Assembly: GCA_963748625.1 (NCBI GenBank)
Contig: CAVVJT010000010.1
Span: forward strand, 704,001 to 768,000
Length of the DNA stretch: 64,000 nucleotides
Origin: an uncultured Chloroflexia bacterium
GTDB taxonomy: Bacteria > Chloroflexota > Limnocylindria > Limnocylindrales > CSP1-4
Direction of reading: 5' to 3'
The position numbers and the translations under genes were made by a program. Under the pieces are notes generated by a model. It saw only the letters and a program-made list of their open reading frames with translations, was not told where the DNA came from and did not search any database. Positions 20,633 through 29,751 of the stretch are shown here, one piece after another; the first letter of the stretch is position 1, and each line of letters begins with the position of its first letter.

Positions 20633-22321
20633 CTACGGAACGGTGGCGCCCCCGGCGGGCTCCAGCACGGGCCCGCGTTCCCAGGCGGGTGCGGAGAACA
20701 GTTCCGGCCGATGGGTCAGGACGATCAGCGTGCGGTCCCCGGCCGCCGCCGGCAGGTCTGCGATGAATGTGCGAGCGGCCGCCTCGTCAAGGTGCTCGGT
20801 AGGTTCATCCAGGACGAGAATCCTGACATCAGCCAGAAGGGCCCGTGCGAGCGCGAGGCGCTGGCGCTGGCCCCCGGAGAGCCGGGCGCCGTGCTCGCCG
20901 ACCTGGGTCTCGAGCCCGTCGGGCAGGGCGTGCACCCAGTCCAGCAGGCGCGCTCGGGCTAGTGCCCCCTCCAGCTCGGCGACCGGCGCCCCGGGTCGCG
21001 CCAGCCGCAGGTTGTCGGCCAGCGAGGCATCGAAGATGTGGGGATCCTGCTCGCAGAGCCCGGTCGCGCTGCGGGCGATGTCACCGGGCACCCGCCGCAG
21101 GTCCACGGGCTCACCGCAGGCGGTGACAAGGGCCAGCGACCCGCTCTCGGCATCCAGGAACCGCAGCAGCGCGGCCGCGAGGGTGCTCTTGCCGGACCCG
21201 CTCGGGCCGGTCACCACGACCCGGGCCCCCGGGTCCACGTCGAGTGACGGCAGGCGCAGCGCCACCTCGGCCGCACCCGGGTAGCGCACCACCAGGTCCA
21301 CCGCCCGCACGCCGAGGGCGCCCGAGGGCAGGCCCAGCACCTCGCCGGCGGCGGGCTCCCGGACCGGCTCCGGGCGATGGAGGATGTCGAGCACGCGGCG
21401 CGCCGATGCCACCAGGCCCGGCAGCAGGCGCGCGGATGGGGCGAGCGGCGCGACCACCTCGTGGAGGGCGATCGGGGTGAGCACGACCACGGCCAGCGAC
21501 ACCGCTGCGAGGCTGCCATCGCGCACGGCCGAGATCCCGAGCACCAGGGCCAGCCAGACGGCCGCCCCCGACGAGAGTGCCGCCACGAGGTTGCCCACGC
21601 CCGACCCGAGCGCCGAGCGTCGCTCTGCGGCGAGGACGCGTGCGCTCACCCGCTCCACATCCGCCACCCCTCGCGCCACAGCGCCGGCGGCGAGGATCTC
21701 GGGTGCCCCGCGGACCAGGTCCAGCGCGGCATCGGTGAGGTCGCCACGGGCCGGCGCCAAGCTCGCCTCCGCGTGCCTGGAGACCACGCCGGCGACAGCC
21801 GGGGCCAGGATCGCCGTGGCGAGCAGGGTGAGCGCCAGCACGAGGCCCACGGCCGGCACCAGCCAGCCCACCAGCAGCACGGTGCCGATGGCGACCACCG
21901 CCGCCGAGGCATACGGCAGCAGCACCCGGAGCCAGAGGTCGGCGAGACCGTCCACGTCGCCCACGAGCCGGGCAAGGAGATCGCCCGAGCGCAGCTCCGC
22001 AAGACCGGCGGGCGCGAGCCGGACCAGGCGGGCATAGGCGGTTCCACGCAGCTCGGCCAGGACCCGGAACGCGGCGTCGTGGGCGGCGACCCGCTCGAGA
22101 TAGCGCAGGACGCCGCGCGCGATGCCGAAGGCGCGGACCGCGGTGATCGCGAGCATCAGCGTCATCATCACCGGCTGCTCGGCCGCCTTGGAGATCAGCC
22201 AGGCCGACGTCGCCGCTAGGCCGATCGCCGCCCCGGCCGCGCCCACGCCCGCGAGGACGGCGAGCACGAGCCGGCCCGTCACCGGCCGACCGATCCGCAG
22301 GATCGCGAGGAGCGCGCTCAT
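20633..22321 (-). CDS. cydC: Thiol-exporting ABC transporter CydC
   Basis: RYLERVAAHD, GPSGSGKST, LSGGQ; follows cydD. Confidence 0.93.
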   Translation of the reverse strand: MSALLAILRIGRPVTGRLVLAVLAGVGAAGAAIGLAATSAWLISKAAEQPVMMTLMLAITAVRAFGIARGVLRYLERVAAHDAAFRVLAELRGTAYARLVRLAPAGLAELRSGDLLARLVGDVDGLADLWLRVLLPYASAAVVAIGTVLLVGWLVPAVGLVLALTLLATAILAPAVAGVVSRHAEASLAPARGDLTDAALDLVRGAPEILAAGAVARGVADVERVSARVLAAERRSALGSGVGNLVAALSSGAAVWLALVLGISAVRDGSLAAVSLAVVVLTPIALHEVVAPLAPSARLLPGLVASARRVLDILHRPEPVREPAAGEVLGLPSGALGVRAVDLVVRYPGAAEVALRLPSLDVDPGARVVVTGPSGSGKSTLAAALLRFLDAESGSLALVTACGEPVDLRRVPGDIARSATGLCEQDPHIFDASLADNLRLARPGAPVAELEGALARARLLDWVHALPDGLETQVGEHGARLSGGQRQRLALARALLADVRILVLDEPTEHLDEAAARTFIADLPAAAGDRTLIVLTHRPELFSAPAWERGPVLEPAGGATVP

Positions 22322-24015
22322 GCCGCATCCCCGGCAGCGAGGACCGGCTCGATGGCTTCCCATGCCACCTCGACCACGCGATCCGCCCCGGCGATCGCAC
22401 CCGGCCGGTGGGCCACCAGGAGCACGGCAGCGCCGGCATCGGCCGCGGCCCGGACGGCGCCCAGCACCGCCGCCTCCGCCTCGTCGTCCAAGCCCGCCGT
22501 CGGCTCGTCGAGCAGCAGCACCGGCGTCCGCCGCACGAGCGCCCGCGCGATGCCGACCCGTCGCCGCTGGCCGCTCGACAGCCCGCGCCCGCGCTCGCCC
22601 AGCACCTGGCCGGACTCGATCTCGGCAAGGCCCACCGAGGCCAGCGCGCCGGCCACGTCGGCATCGGCTACCTCGTGGCGCGCGCCGAGGCGCACGTTGT
22701 CCGCCACGGAGCCCGCGAACAGGAATGGCGCCTGCGGCACCCAGGCCACCGTCGAACACCAGGCGTCGGCGTCGAGATCGCGGATGTCCACCACCTGCCC
22801 GCCGCCGGCGGCGAGCACCGCACCCTCGTCGGGCTCCAGGAGCCCGAGCACCACGGCGAGCAGCGTGCTCTTGCCGACACCGCTTGGTCCAGTGATCGCC
22901 ACCACCTCGCCCGGCCGAACCTCCAGCGAGGCGGCACACGGCGCGAGCAGGTCACGTCCTGGCTGGGCCACCGAGACGCCTGCCACCACGAGCGCCTCGA
23001 GCGGCGCCGGCACCGGCCCGTGACCGCGGGCCTCGGGCAGGCCGGCATCGATGACCGCGAACGCGCGCGCCGCGGCCGTGGCACCCTCTTCGGAGGCATG
23101 GAACTCCGCACCCAGCCGGCGCAGCGGCAGGTAGGCCTCCGGGGCCAGGATCAGGGCGAACAGGCCCACCTCGAGCGTCATCCAGCCGCCCGCGAGCCGA
23201 AGCCCGATGCCCACGGCGATCAACGCCACCGAGATGGTCGCCAGCAGCTCCAGCGCCATCGCGGACAGGAACGCGATCCGCAGGGTCGCCATGGTGGTCG
23301 TCCGGTAGCCGTCGGTCAGGCGGCGCAGGATCGCCACCTGTGCCTCGGCGGCCCCATAGGCACGAAGCGTGGGCAGACCGGCGACCACGTCGCCGAACCG
23401 GTGGGCCAGCCTCCCGAGCACCGCCCAGCGCCGGGACCGGTGCGCCGCCGACATCTTCCCGATCAGGATCATGAACACCGGGATCAGCGGTACCGTGACC
23501 GCCACGATCAGGGCGGAGACGGCATCGATGCCCAGCAGCGCAAGCACCACGAGCACCGGCACCACGACGGCGAGGGCCACCTGGGGCAGGTAGCGCCCGA
23601 ACCATCCGTCAAGCGAGTCGAGCCCGCGGGTGGCAAGCAGGACGAGCTCGCCTGACGCCTGGTCCGCCGCCCAGCGCGGGCCGAGCAGGACAGCCCGCTC
23701 CAGCAGGCGCGCGCGCAGGTCGGCCTTGACGCTGCCGCTGATGCGCTGGGCGGTGACGTCCGCCGCCCAGCCGAGGACGGCGCGTGCCGCGAGGACGACG
23801 GCGAGGGCCGCCAGCTGCGGGGCGAGGTCCGCGACGTCCAGGCCGCGTGTGACCGCCCCCGCGATGGACGTCGCGAGCAGCCAGGCCCCGAGGACGGCAA
23901 GCAGCGCGGCCGCCACCCCGAGGATGACGGCCGCGACGAGCGATCCACGCGCGATTCGCGCAGCGCCGATGAGTCTGCGGGTGGGGCTCACGGATGGCCG
24001 TGGGGACGCGGCCAC
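22318..24015 (-). CDS. cydD: Thiol-exporting ABC transporter CydD
   Basis: RYLPQ, LRIAFLS, LAPEAYLPLR, Walker A/B. Confidence 0.93.
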   Translation of the reverse strand: MAASPRPSVSPTRRLIGAARIARGSLVAAVILGVAAALLAVLGAWLLATSIAGAVTRGLDVADLAPQLAALAVVLAARAVLGWAADVTAQRISGSVKADLRARLLERAVLLGPRWAADQASGELVLLATRGLDSLDGWFGRYLPQVALAVVVPVLVVLALLGIDAVSALIVAVTVPLIPVFMILIGKMSAAHRSRRWAVLGRLAHRFGDVVAGLPTLRAYGAAEAQVAILRRLTDGYRTTTMATLRIAFLSAMALELLATISVALIAVGIGLRLAGGWMTLEVGLFALILAPEAYLPLRRLGAEFHASEEGATAAARAFAVIDAGLPEARGHGPVPAPLEALVVAGVSVAQPGRDLLAPCAASLEVRPGEVVAITGPSGVGKSTLLAVVLGLLEPDEGAVLAAGGGQVVDIRDLDADAWCSTVAWVPQAPFLFAGSVADNVRLGARHEVADADVAGALASVGLAEIESGQVLGERGRGLSSGQRRRVGIARALVRRTPVLLLDEPTAGLDDEAEAAVLGAVRAAADAGAAVLLVAHRPGAIAGADRVVEVAWEAIEPVLAAGDAA

Positions 24016-24019
24016 ATGG

Positions 24020-25045
24020 TCAGGCCTCCGCGGCCGCCGCGGGCGGTGCCTCGACCGTCGACCGTGGCACGGTGACCCGCTTGCGGAACACGTAGTAGGT
24101 CCAGGTCTGGTAGATCAGCACCACCGGGACGAAGATCACGGCCACGACCGTCATGATCGTGAGCGTGTACGGCGTCGAGGCGGCGTTCGTGGTCGTGAGG
24201 CTGAAGGCCGGGTCCGTGGTGGACGGCATGACGTCCGGGAACAGGGCCAGGAACAGGCTGGCCACGGCGAGCCCGATCGCGAGCGCCGAGGCGAAGAACG
24301 CCCAGCCCTCCTTGCGGACCTTGCCGGCCACCACCGACCCCAGCCAGGCGACAGCGGCGACGACAGCCACGCCCATCGAGAGCGCGTCGCCACGGATGAG
24401 GTTCGCCCCGACCAGGAAGGCCACGGCCACGACGGCCGTCACCAGGCCCACCGGCAGGACCAGCTTCGCCGCCCGCTCGCGGATGACGCCGTCGGTCTTG
24501 AGGGCCAGGAAGTTGAGGCCGTGGGTGACGAACAGCAAGAGGGTCGTCAGGCCGCCCAACAGCCCGAACGGATTGAGCAGCGTCATGAGGTTGCCGGTGA
24601 AGTTGCCGTCCTCGTTGATCGGCACGCCCGCGACGATGTTCGCGAAGGCGACGCCCCACAGGACCGCGGCCAGGAAGCTGCCCACCGCGATGAGGACGTC
24701 CATGCGCAGGCGCCACGTCCCGTCACCGCGCTTGTTGCGGTACTCGACGCCGATCCCGCGCAGGATCAGCGCGACGAGGATGAGGAACAGGGCGAGGTAG
24801 AAACCCGAGAACAGGGTCGCGTACCAGTAGGGGAACGCGGCGAACATGGCGCCGCCCGCGACCAGGACCCAGACCTCGTTGCCGTCCCAGACCGGGCCGA
24901 TGGTCCGGATCATGGAGCGGCGTTCCGGCTCGTTCTTGCCGAGCACGAAGAGCAGGATGCCGACCCCGAAGTCGAAGCCTTCGAGGACGAAGTAGCCGAT
25001 CCAGAGGACGGCGATCAGCGCGAACCAGAGGGTGGTGAGCTCCAT
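24020..25045 (-). CDS. cydB: Cytochrome bd oxidase subunit II
   Basis: LEGFDFGVG, GPVWDGNEVW. Confidence 0.96.
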   Translation of the reverse strand: MELTTLWFALIAVLWIGYFVLEGFDFGVGILLFVLGKNEPERRSMIRTIGPVWDGNEVWVLVAGGAMFAAFPYWYATLFSGFYLALFLILVALILRGIGVEYRNKRGDGTWRLRMDVLIAVGSFLAAVLWGVAFANIVAGVPINEDGNFTGNLMTLLNPFGLLGGLTTLLLFVTHGLNFLALKTDGVIRERAAKLVLPVGLVTAVVAVAFLVGANLIRGDALSMGVAVVAAVAWLGSVVAGKVRKEGWAFFASALAIGLAVASLFLALFPDVMPSTTDPAFSLTTTNAASTPYTLTIMTVVAVIFVPVVLIYQTWTYYVFRKRVTVPRSTVEAPPAAAAEA

Positions 25046-25056
25046 CGTCGTTGCCC

Positions 25057-26463
25057 CTAGTACCCGAGTCCGAGCGCCGGCTCGGCCTCGTGCTCAAAGC
25101 CTTTGTCGTCAGTCGCCTCGGGCAGGCCGGCCCTCACGCGCCGGACCACGAGGCCGAGCATCACGACCGCCAGCACGCCGTACAGCAGCGTGAACCCGAC
25201 CATCGTGATCGTGACCTCCAGCGGGGTCGCCAGGGGCGACACCCCGGTGGCCGTGGTCATCAGGCCGTAGACGATCCACGGCTGGCGCCCGATCTCGGTG
25301 AACATCCAGCCGAAGGAGTTCGCGGCCAGCGGCAGGAACGGCAGCAGCACCGCGAGGCCCACGGTCTTGAGGCTCGGCGTCCTGCCCTTGCGCATCCGGA
25401 GCAGGAACCAGGCGCCGACAAGGCCCGCGAGGACCCCGGCGCCGATCATCAGGCGGAAGGTCCAGTAGGTGACCGGCGTGTTCGGCGTGTAGTCGCCCGG
25501 CCCGAATTGAGCCTCCTCCATCTTCTGGAGGTCGTTGATGCCCATGACCTTGCCGTCGAAGGTGCCGGTTGCCAGGAAGGACAGCACATACGGGATCTTG
25601 ATCGAGAAGATCTCCTCGCTCCCGTCGAGCGTGCCGATGGTGAACAGCGAGAAGGCGGCAGGCTGCTCGGTCTCCCAGAGCGCCTCGGCAGCGGCCATCT
25701 TCATCGGCTGCTGCTCGGTCATGATCTTGCCCTGGATGTCGCCGGTCACCGCGACCAGCAGGCCCGAGGCCACCAGCATGATGGCGCCGGCCTTGGCCGC
25801 GGCACGGAACGGCCCGGCCTTCGCGGGGTTGCCACGGTCCTTGACCATCCGGTACATCGCGATGCCCGCGATGAACGCGCCCGTGGTCATGAAGGCCGCC
25901 GCGATCGTGTGCGGGAAGGTGATGAGGTTGGTGCTGTTGGTCAGCACAGCGAGGAAGTCGGTGAGCTCTGCGCGGCCGCTGACCAGGTTGAGCTTGTAGC
26001 CCACCGGGTGCTGCATCCAGGAGTTGGCCGCGAGGATGAAGTACGCGGACAGGAGCGTGCCGACCGCGGCGACCCAGATGGTCGCGAGGTGGACGCGCTT
26101 GGAGAGGCGGCCCCAGCCGAAGATCCACAGGCCCAGGAAGGTGGACTCGAGGAAGAAGGCGAGCAGGCCCTCGACGGCAAGCGGCGCTCCGAAGATGTCG
26201 CCGACGAACCGGCTGTAGTCGGACCAGTTCATGCCGAACTGGAACTCCTGCACGATGCCGGTCACCAGGCCGAGCGCGAAGTTGATGAGGAACAGCTCCC
26301 CGAAGAAACGGGTCAGCTGGAGGTACTGCTCCTTGCCGGTCCGGTACCAGGCGGTCTGGAAGGCCGCGACCGAGAAGGCGAGTCCGATCGTGAGCGGGAC
26401 GAACAAGAAGTGGTAGACGGTGGTGATCCCGAACTGCCACCGCGACAGCATCAACGGATCCAC
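25057..26463 (-). CDS. cydA: Cytochrome bd oxidase subunit I
   Basis: RWQFG..YHFLFVP, EFQFGMNW, QPMKMAAAE, EIGRQPW; GTG 26463 after GGAGGAG. Confidence 0.96.
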   Translation of the reverse strand: MDPLMLSRWQFGITTVYHFLFVPLTIGLAFSVAAFQTAWYRTGKEQYLQLTRFFGELFLINFALGLVTGIVQEFQFGMNWSDYSRFVGDIFGAPLAVEGLLAFFLESTFLGLWIFGWGRLSKRVHLATIWVAAVGTLLSAYFILAANSWMQHPVGYKLNLVSGRAELTDFLAVLTNSTNLITFPHTIAAAFMTTGAFIAGIAMYRMVKDRGNPAKAGPFRAAAKAGAIMLVASGLLVAVTGDIQGKIMTEQQPMKMAAAEALWETEQPAAFSLFTIGTLDGSEEIFSIKIPYVLSFLATGTFDGKVMGINDLQKMEEAQFGPGDYTPNTPVTYWTFRLMIGAGVLAGLVGAWFLLRMRKGRTPSLKTVGLAVLLPFLPLAANSFGWMFTEIGRQPWIVYGLMTTATGVSPLATPLEVTITMVGFTLLYGVLAVVMLGLVVRRVRAGLPEATDDKGFEHEAEPALGLGY

Positions 26464-26622
26464 GGGTGACGCAGCTCCTCCCTGGTGGTGATTCTCCTCG
26501 GGAGGAGTGTGTCTGAAGCACATACACCAGTGCCCGGCCGAACGGCACGTATGGGGCACGTCCGCAATGGGCCGGATGGCGTGCGGTTCCGGCCGAGGAC
26601 CCGGGCGCGTCTGACCCGCCTC

Positions 26623-27111
26623 TTAGCGGCGGCACGCCTCGTCGTAGCGGGCGAGCTCCGCGGCGACCGACAGCGGACTACGGTGCTGGCGATCCGTGGG
26701 CGCCTCGGCGTTGACCCGGGCGATGGCCGCATTGATCCGGACGACCAGCTCCTCGAGCGCCGCGCGGTCGCGACGGCGCGCGAAGGACGATGGCACGGGG
26801 CCGGACGCGGCCCGGCTGAGGAGGGCATCACGTCGCTCGAGCAGCTCGCGGACCTCCTTGTCGGCCTCGATCCAGGGCGGCGCATAGCCCTGGTTGCGGA
26901 GCAGGTGGAATGCGAGGTCCATGTCGCCTGCGTAGGGATTGCCGTCGTCCGGCAGAGGCTCGCCCTGGTGGGGCAGGTTGTCGAACTGCCCGTCCTCGAT
27001 CGCCTCGCGGATCTGGCGGTCGATGAGCGTCTCCCAGTCCGGGCCGACCTCCATCTGGCCGTCAGGGCGGCGGCGGTGGACGAGTGGCTTGTTGTCGGGT
27101 GCGTCGGGCAT
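26623..27111 (-). CDS. DUF1992 family protein
   Basis: IDRQIREAIEDGQFDNLPHQGEPL, LLRNQGYAPPWIE. Confidence 0.85.
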   Translation of the reverse strand: MPDAPDNKPLVHRRRPDGQMEVGPDWETLIDRQIREAIEDGQFDNLPHQGEPLPDDGNPYAGDMDLAFHLLRNQGYAPPWIEADKEVRELLERRDALLSRAASGPVPSSFARRRDRAALEELVVRINAAIARVNAEAPTDRQHRSPLSVAAELARYDEACRR

Positions 27112-27144
27112 GGCGGCATCTTGCCACCGGCACCAGGCCGACGG

Positions 27145-27200
27145 CGTGCGCGCAGCGTCATGCAGGCGCCGTGCGCGCAGCGTCATGCAGGCGCCGTGCG
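27145..27200. repeat. 25-bp tandem duplication
   Basis: CGTGCGCGCAGCGTCATGCAGGCGC at 27145 and 27170 plus partial third. Confidence 0.85.
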
Positions 27201-27206
27201 GCAACA

Positions 27207-27848
27207 TCAGGCCGGGGTCGAGCGGTCCTCGATCTCCCACGCATGGTCCAGGGCGTGCCACGCGATGCGCCGGGCGGCATAGCGTGGCGGCCACCGCTTG
27301 CCGGCCAGCGGGCTGCCGTCCGACGGTTGGGCGAGCGCGGCGAGCATCGCCCCCCGGATGGCGGCAGCGTCCAGCCCGCGTGTCCTGATGCCGATGACGG
27401 CGGCGTAGGCCGCATCGCCACCGTTGACGTGCTCGACGACCTTGGACGTGTCCCGGCCCCCGCCCCGCGGTCCCTTGCGCAACTCCTCGGGCGCAGCCGC
27501 GGCAATGGCGTCGAACCTGTCCCAGGCGGCCCGCACGATCGCGACCAGCGCTGCCGCCTCGCGAGTGTCCAGCGGGCGGCGGTCGGCATCCGCCACGATC
27601 GCGGGGACGCCGAAGGCGGTGGATGCGTCACCCTCGCGGCGCTCCGCGACCACCGGCTCGACGTCCACGGGGCCGGTGAGCCCGGCACGCTCGAGGACGG
27701 AACGGTAGCGGGGCAGGGCGTCCTGAAGCTCGCGGAGCGCGGCCGCCTCGTCGCGCCCGGACCGGGCCAGGCCCGGCCAGTCGAGCGCGGACACGTACAC
27801 GCGTTTGGGGGTGGCCTCGACCAGGACGTGGAGCTGCGGATCGGACAT
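27207..27848 (-). CDS. Hypothetical protein (HicB-like N-terminus, DinB-like His-containing C-terminus)
   Basis: SALDWPGLARSG; VVEHV; AWHALDHAWEIED. Confidence 0.7.
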   Translation of the reverse strand: MSDPQLHVLVEATPKRVYVSALDWPGLARSGRDEAAALRELQDALPRYRSVLERAGLTGPVDVEPVVAERREGDASTAFGVPAIVADADRRPLDTREAAALVAIVRAAWDRFDAIAAAAPEELRKGPRGGGRDTSKVVEHVNGGDAAYAAVIGIRTRGLDAAAIRGAMLAALAQPSDGSPLAGKRWPPRYAARRIAWHALDHAWEIEDRSTPA

Positions 27849-27887
27849 CGGCCCAGTATGCCGCCAGCCGCGTTACGCTTGCCCGCG

Positions 27888-28802
27888 ATGACCCCCACGC
27901 CGCAGCCCCACCCGGTGCCCCGTATCCCGCTCACGGTGAACCCGGCCGACATCGGGCTCGTTGACGCGCTGCGCGCGGCCGGTCGCTACTGGCTGGCCAC
28001 CCCGGCGCACTGGGTCCTGCCCGTGGTCGCGGTCGCCCTCGTGAACCTGCTCGCGGCCCTTGTCCTCGGCGGTGCGGCCATCACGTCCGAGCAGCTGCAG
28101 GCCGTCCTGGTCAACGGTCCGCTGGGAACCCAGATGGACATGGAGCGGCTGCCGAAGGTGATCGCGGGACCGGTCGCCGTCGGCCTCGTGACGCTTGTCG
28201 CGCGCTGGTTCCTGGTGGCCAACGCGATCGCCGGGCTCCGTGGCCGCGAGCTCACGGCGGGCTGGGTCGTGACGTCCGGGCTGCGTGCGTTCCTCGCCGA
28301 TATGCTTGTGTCCCTCTCAATGGTCATCCTTTTCAGCGTGGCGCTGTCGCTGGGGCCGACGGGCCTGCTGGTGATCCTGGCTGTCGCCCCGCTCGCCATC
28401 TACCTCGGGATCCGGCTCCAGTTCTGGACGCTGGCGATCTTCGACGGACGCTCGGTGTTCGGCGGCGCTGACACCTCGTGGCGGGTCACTCGGCGCGCCG
28501 TGCTGCGCGTGGCCGGCTGGGCCCTCGCCATCCTGGGCCTCGGCATCCTCGTGGCCATCCCGCTCACGATCGTGGACCTCGTGGCAGGGTCGGTGCCGGT
28601 GGTCGGTGCGGTGATCGGCGGGACCGCGGAGATGGCGCTGTCCGCGTTCACGGTGGTGGTGATGGCGATCCTGTACGAGAGCCAGCGCCTGCGCACCGAT
28701 CCTGCCGCGTACCAGGCGTCGCTGGCGCAGCACCCGGCGGCACTGGCGCCTGAGATCCCGGAGCCGAGCAGCCCGTACGATCCTCCGCCGCCCCCGGCCT
28801 GA
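27888..28802 (+). CDS. Multi-TM hypothetical membrane protein
   Basis: About six hydrophobic segments, Pro-rich tail. Confidence 0.75.
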   Translation: MTPTPQPHPVPRIPLTVNPADIGLVDALRAAGRYWLATPAHWVLPVVAVALVNLLAALVLGGAAITSEQLQAVLVNGPLGTQMDMERLPKVIAGPVAVGLVTLVARWFLVANAIAGLRGRELTAGWVVTSGLRAFLADMLVSLSMVILFSVALSLGPTGLLVILAVAPLAIYLGIRLQFWTLAIFDGRSVFGGADTSWRVTRRAVLRVAGWALAILGLGILVAIPLTIVDLVAGSVPVVGAVIGGTAEMALSAFTVVVMAILYESQRLRTDPAAYQASLAQHPAALAPEIPEPSSPYDPPPPPA

Positions 28803-28837
28803 CGCCAGCCGCCGCAGGGGCCTGCCAGCGGGCCAGA

Positions 28838-29698
28838 TCAGCGGGCAGTGGCACCACGCAGGTCGGCGACGAGCGCCGCAAGCACCCCCACATCGCGGCC
28901 GTCCGGCCCGAGCGCATCCACCAGCGCCGAGGCGACGATCACCCCGTCGGCGCCGGCTTCCGCGATCGCCCGCACATGCGCAGGCTGCGACACCCCGAAG
29001 CCCACGGCCACGGGCACGGGCGACACGGCCTTCACCTCGCGGACGAGGTTGGCGACCGTGGGTGGCAGTGACGTCCGGGCTCCGGTCACGCCCACGAGCG
29101 ACACGCAGTAGAGGAACCCGCCGCTGCGTCGGGCGACCGCCTCCCTGCGGGCCGGCGATGACGTCGGCGCGACCAGGTACACCACGGCGATCCCCGCCTC
29201 GGTGGCCACGGCCTCGAACGGTGCACCCTCGTCGGGCGTCAGGTCGGCGACGATGACGCCGGCCACACCGGCCCGCGCGAGGGCCAGCGCGCGGTCGCGT
29301 CCGTCGCCGCCACCGATGAGCTGGTTCGCGTAGCCCATCGCGACCACCGGGACGCCGGGGCGCGCCGCCGCGATCCTGCCGGTCAGCGCGAGGCTCCGGT
29401 CGAACGTGGCCCCGGCGGCCAGCGCACCCTGGGACGCCCGCTGCAGCGTGGCGCCATCGGCAAGGGGGTCGCTGTACGGGAGGCCGACCTCCAGCAGGTC
29501 TGCGCCGGCGTCGATGGCGGCGCAGGCGATCTCGAACGAGGTCTCCGCGTCCGGGTAGCCGGCGACGACATACGGGATGAGGGCGGCCCGACCGTCAGCG
29601 CTGGCGCGGGTGAAGGCGTCGGCGATGCGCCTGGCGCCGGCGGTGTCGTTGGTGTGCGGCAGGGTCGTCCCCGCCGGCCCTGATGCCCGGAGTGTCAT
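28838..29698 (-). CDS. trpA: Tryptophan synthase alpha chain
   Basis: LEVGLPYSDPLADG, GVTGAR, VGFGVS. Confidence 0.96.
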   Translation of the reverse strand: MTLRASGPAGTTLPHTNDTAGARRIADAFTRASADGRAALIPYVVAGYPDAETSFEIACAAIDAGADLLEVGLPYSDPLADGATLQRASQGALAAGATFDRSLALTGRIAAARPGVPVVAMGYANQLIGGGDGRDRALALARAGVAGVIVADLTPDEGAPFEAVATEAGIAVVYLVAPTSSPARREAVARRSGGFLYCVSLVGVTGARTSLPPTVANLVREVKAVSPVPVAVGFGVSQPAHVRAIAEAGADGVIVASALVDALGPDGRDVGVLAALVADLRGATAR

Positions 29699-29751
29699 CG
29701 GAGGGTCTCCTGGGGCCGGGAGGCCGGCCCTGATGCCCGGAGTGTCATCGG
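29673..29751. repeat. 29-bp direct repeat at trpB/trpA junction creating mini-ORF 29695-29748
   Basis: GCCGGCCCTGATGCCCGGAGTGTCATCGG at 29673 and 29723. Confidence 0.88.

Noticed and set aside
26505-26530. Rex-like operator upstream of cydA
   Set aside because: GTGTGT..ACATACAC is only a weak inverted repeat and does not match TTGTGAA-N4-TTCACAA
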